From Mitosporidium daphniae (Eukaryota), in contig NW_013546545.1 in NCBI RefSeq assembly GCF_000760515.2, positions 1 to 46,221 of the forward strand: a stretch of 46,221 nucleotides of DNA. The letters are read 5' to 3'. The translations under genes were made by a program, and so were the position numbers. Positions 44,468-46,221 of the stretch are shown one piece after another (the stretch's first letter is position 1; each line of letters begins with the position of its first letter). A model generated the notes under the pieces. The model saw nothing but the letters and a program-made list of their open reading frames with translations, had not been told where the DNA came from and did no database searches.

Positions 44468-45632
44468 ATGTCCGCCGTGGAAACTCTTTTGGATGCCAGA
44501 GAGCCATTTAAATTTATTGGCAAATGGAAGAAATCGGATCCGTGTATTTCCGAACGTCCGGCTGAAGACGTCGAATATGACGAACCGCACGCTAAGCGTC
44601 GGATTGCGATTCTGGAATCCCACCCCGAAGTCAGACATCTTTATGGCAATTGCCATTTGACTTTTTTGGTGTTTATATTTGCTCTCATCATACATGGGAT
44701 GGTTGCACATTTTTTGACCCATCTTTCTTACCCAATTATCGTTTTCTTGTCGTTTTTTGTTGGCGGAACGGTTTGCCAACTTATGGGCGTCATTATTCAC
44801 GAGGCCACTCATGATTTGATATTTCCAAATTCTTTGCTCAATACAATGGTCCTTTTTCTTTGTAATTTGCCCATTCCCATCCCTATTTCGGCATCTTTTA
44901 GACGGTATCATTTGGATCATCATGCTTTTCAAGGCAAGGTGCACATCTGTTAATTTATCTCGCTAGGTGTGGTTGGAAAAGATCCAGATTTGCCGCTTGA
45001 AATTGAATATCATCTGATCCGCGGGTCTCCTATCAAAAAGTTGATATGGCTTCTTATTTATCCAGCAATGTATGCTATCAGAGGCGCATCTTTGAAAAAA
45101 GTACCCTCTGCTGCCGAGGTTGTCAATGTAATTTTTGTGATCGCTTTCCAAATGGCATTATATCGCTTTTACGAATGGAATGCCTCGTTTATTCTCTATT
45201 ATTGGCTCTCATTTTACTTTGGGTATACCATTCATCCAGCGGCTGCACACTTTATTCAGGAGCACTTTACATGGGTGGACGGTCAAGAAACATACTCTTA
45301 TTACGGAAGCTTAAACCTTGTTTTCCTAAACATAGGCTATCACAATGAACACCACGACTTTAGTCAGGTAAGCTATTTTGTTCCTTTACGTCCACTAGAT
45401 TCCTTGGATTTACTTGCCCAAGGTAACAGGAATAGCTCCAGAGTTTTATTCTGAGCCCCAGTATTTTTCGCACAAATCCTGGGTTAAAGTCTACATTGAT
45501 TTCATCTTTTCAAGGGAATTAGGTCCGCAAAGCCGGGTCATTCGAACATATGAAGCACATTTGAATGGCCGAAATATGATTTCGTCCAAACGCCTTGCTC
45601 GTCAAGGCAAGAATAACAAGCTTGTTAAATAA
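44468..45632 (+). CDS. DES1: Sphingolipid delta-4 desaturase (366 aa)
   Basis: EPHAKRRIAIL..HPE, His boxes HEATH, HLDHH and HNEHH, and ETYSYYG. Introns at 44934-44966 (GC-AG) and 45368-45398. Confidence 0.95.
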
Positions 45633-45842
45633 AATCCAACTTTGCATGTGACCAGCATCTGGTCTTCAATAGTCAGGTTCCATTCGCAATTATTTTTAAT
45701 TACGTAACATGTACACTACTATTCTGCCTTCGTCTCAATAAGCATCAAAACAGGCGGAGTACCGGTTGGGAAAAGAACGCACATGTGCATTTTGAAAAGT
45801 AAACAATTAAAATTAGCGCTGTGAAAAAACAGAAAAAGATAG

Positions 45843-45961
45843 AACCTACAGCACGCAGTATTCCCATGCGGTCACCCATCATAGTACTGACTGCGCCAGC
45901 ACTGGCTTGACTTCGGGGATCGGACGAGACCCGGTGTTTTCCAGTGTGTATGGCCGTAGAT
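45843..45961 (-). rRNA. 5S rRNA, copy 2
   Basis: Same as copy 1, but the 3' end GCTGTAGGT pairs fully with the 5' ATCTACGGC. Confidence 0.95.
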
Positions 45962-46043
45962 ATTGGGTTGATAAAATATTTTAATATATATTTATTATTT
46001 GAGCATCTTTCGAAGCCCGATTTGGATATTTACAATTTGAACG

Positions 46044-46221
46044 ATGCCAATCTCAGCCCTCTCCAGGTCTACATCTAAAAAAGCATTTGGAATCATTTTG
46101 CTGCTTATATTTTCAATTGAGTTTATCATTTTTATGGTTAGCTTTATCCCTTCACCCAGCTCTCCATTTAAGATCTCATTCTGGGCGATCAAGGATGATG
46201 GCTTCTATAATAGCGGCTATT
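46044..46221 (+). CDS. 5' part of a second copy of the 27638-28351 membrane protein, cut by the window edge
   Basis: Nucleotide-identical to 27638-27815 (MPISALSRSTSKK...). Confidence 0.6.
   Translation, partial: MPISALSRSTSKKAFGIILLLIFSIEFIIFMVSFIPSPSSPFKISFWAIKDDGFYNSGY

Larger units (their letters stand above)
45743..46221. repeat. Direct repeat copy 2 (runs off the window), matching 27337-27815
   Basis: Same sequence as copy 1 with one substitution. Confidence 0.95.

Noticed and set aside
1..46221. Alternative genetic code (TAA/TAG read as Gln) to explain the fragmented ORFs
   Set aside because: Conserved genes such as EF2, RPL35 and UBA4 end at TAA in the expected place, breaks are explained by GT-AG mini-introns, and the tRNA-Gln anticodon is the normal TTG.

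Overview
This is a very gene-dense eukaryotic nuclear segment using the standard genetic code. It holds about 35 protein genes, one tRNA-Gln and two near-identical 5S rRNA copies. The ORF track fragments most genes because they are split by about 55 spliceosomal introns, roughly 50 of them only 23-36 nt. Two introns are GC-AG, and three longer ones sit directly after the ATG of EF2, RPL35 and RPS17. Housekeeping genes include POL5, EF2, NC2-alpha, ValRS, NSE1, ACL4, DBP8, UTP14, POP1, MAF1, UBA4, CK2-beta and DES1. Mitochondrial genes are succinyl-CoA ligase alpha, IF1, a CoA carrier, EF-Ts, uS19m and Fyv4; PEX13 is also present. Tiny introns, short intergenic gaps, AAATTT-type motifs before ATGs and a working mitochondrion suggest a compact early-diverging fungal relative (Rozellomycota or basal microsporidia, Mitosporidium-like); this is inference only. 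The most notable observations are a >=479-bp direct repeat 18,406 bp apart (5S gene plus the 5' part of a membrane-protein gene), shortened proteins (PPIL2 with a possible vestigial cyclophilin exon, a 60-aa Bud13-like gene, ValRS without its C-terminal arm), a GH15 gene with an unresolved frame switch and a coding minisatellite, and a non-coding 11-bp tandem array. I found no clearly novel multi-gene system. Gene models were spliced by hand and need RNA-seq confirmation.
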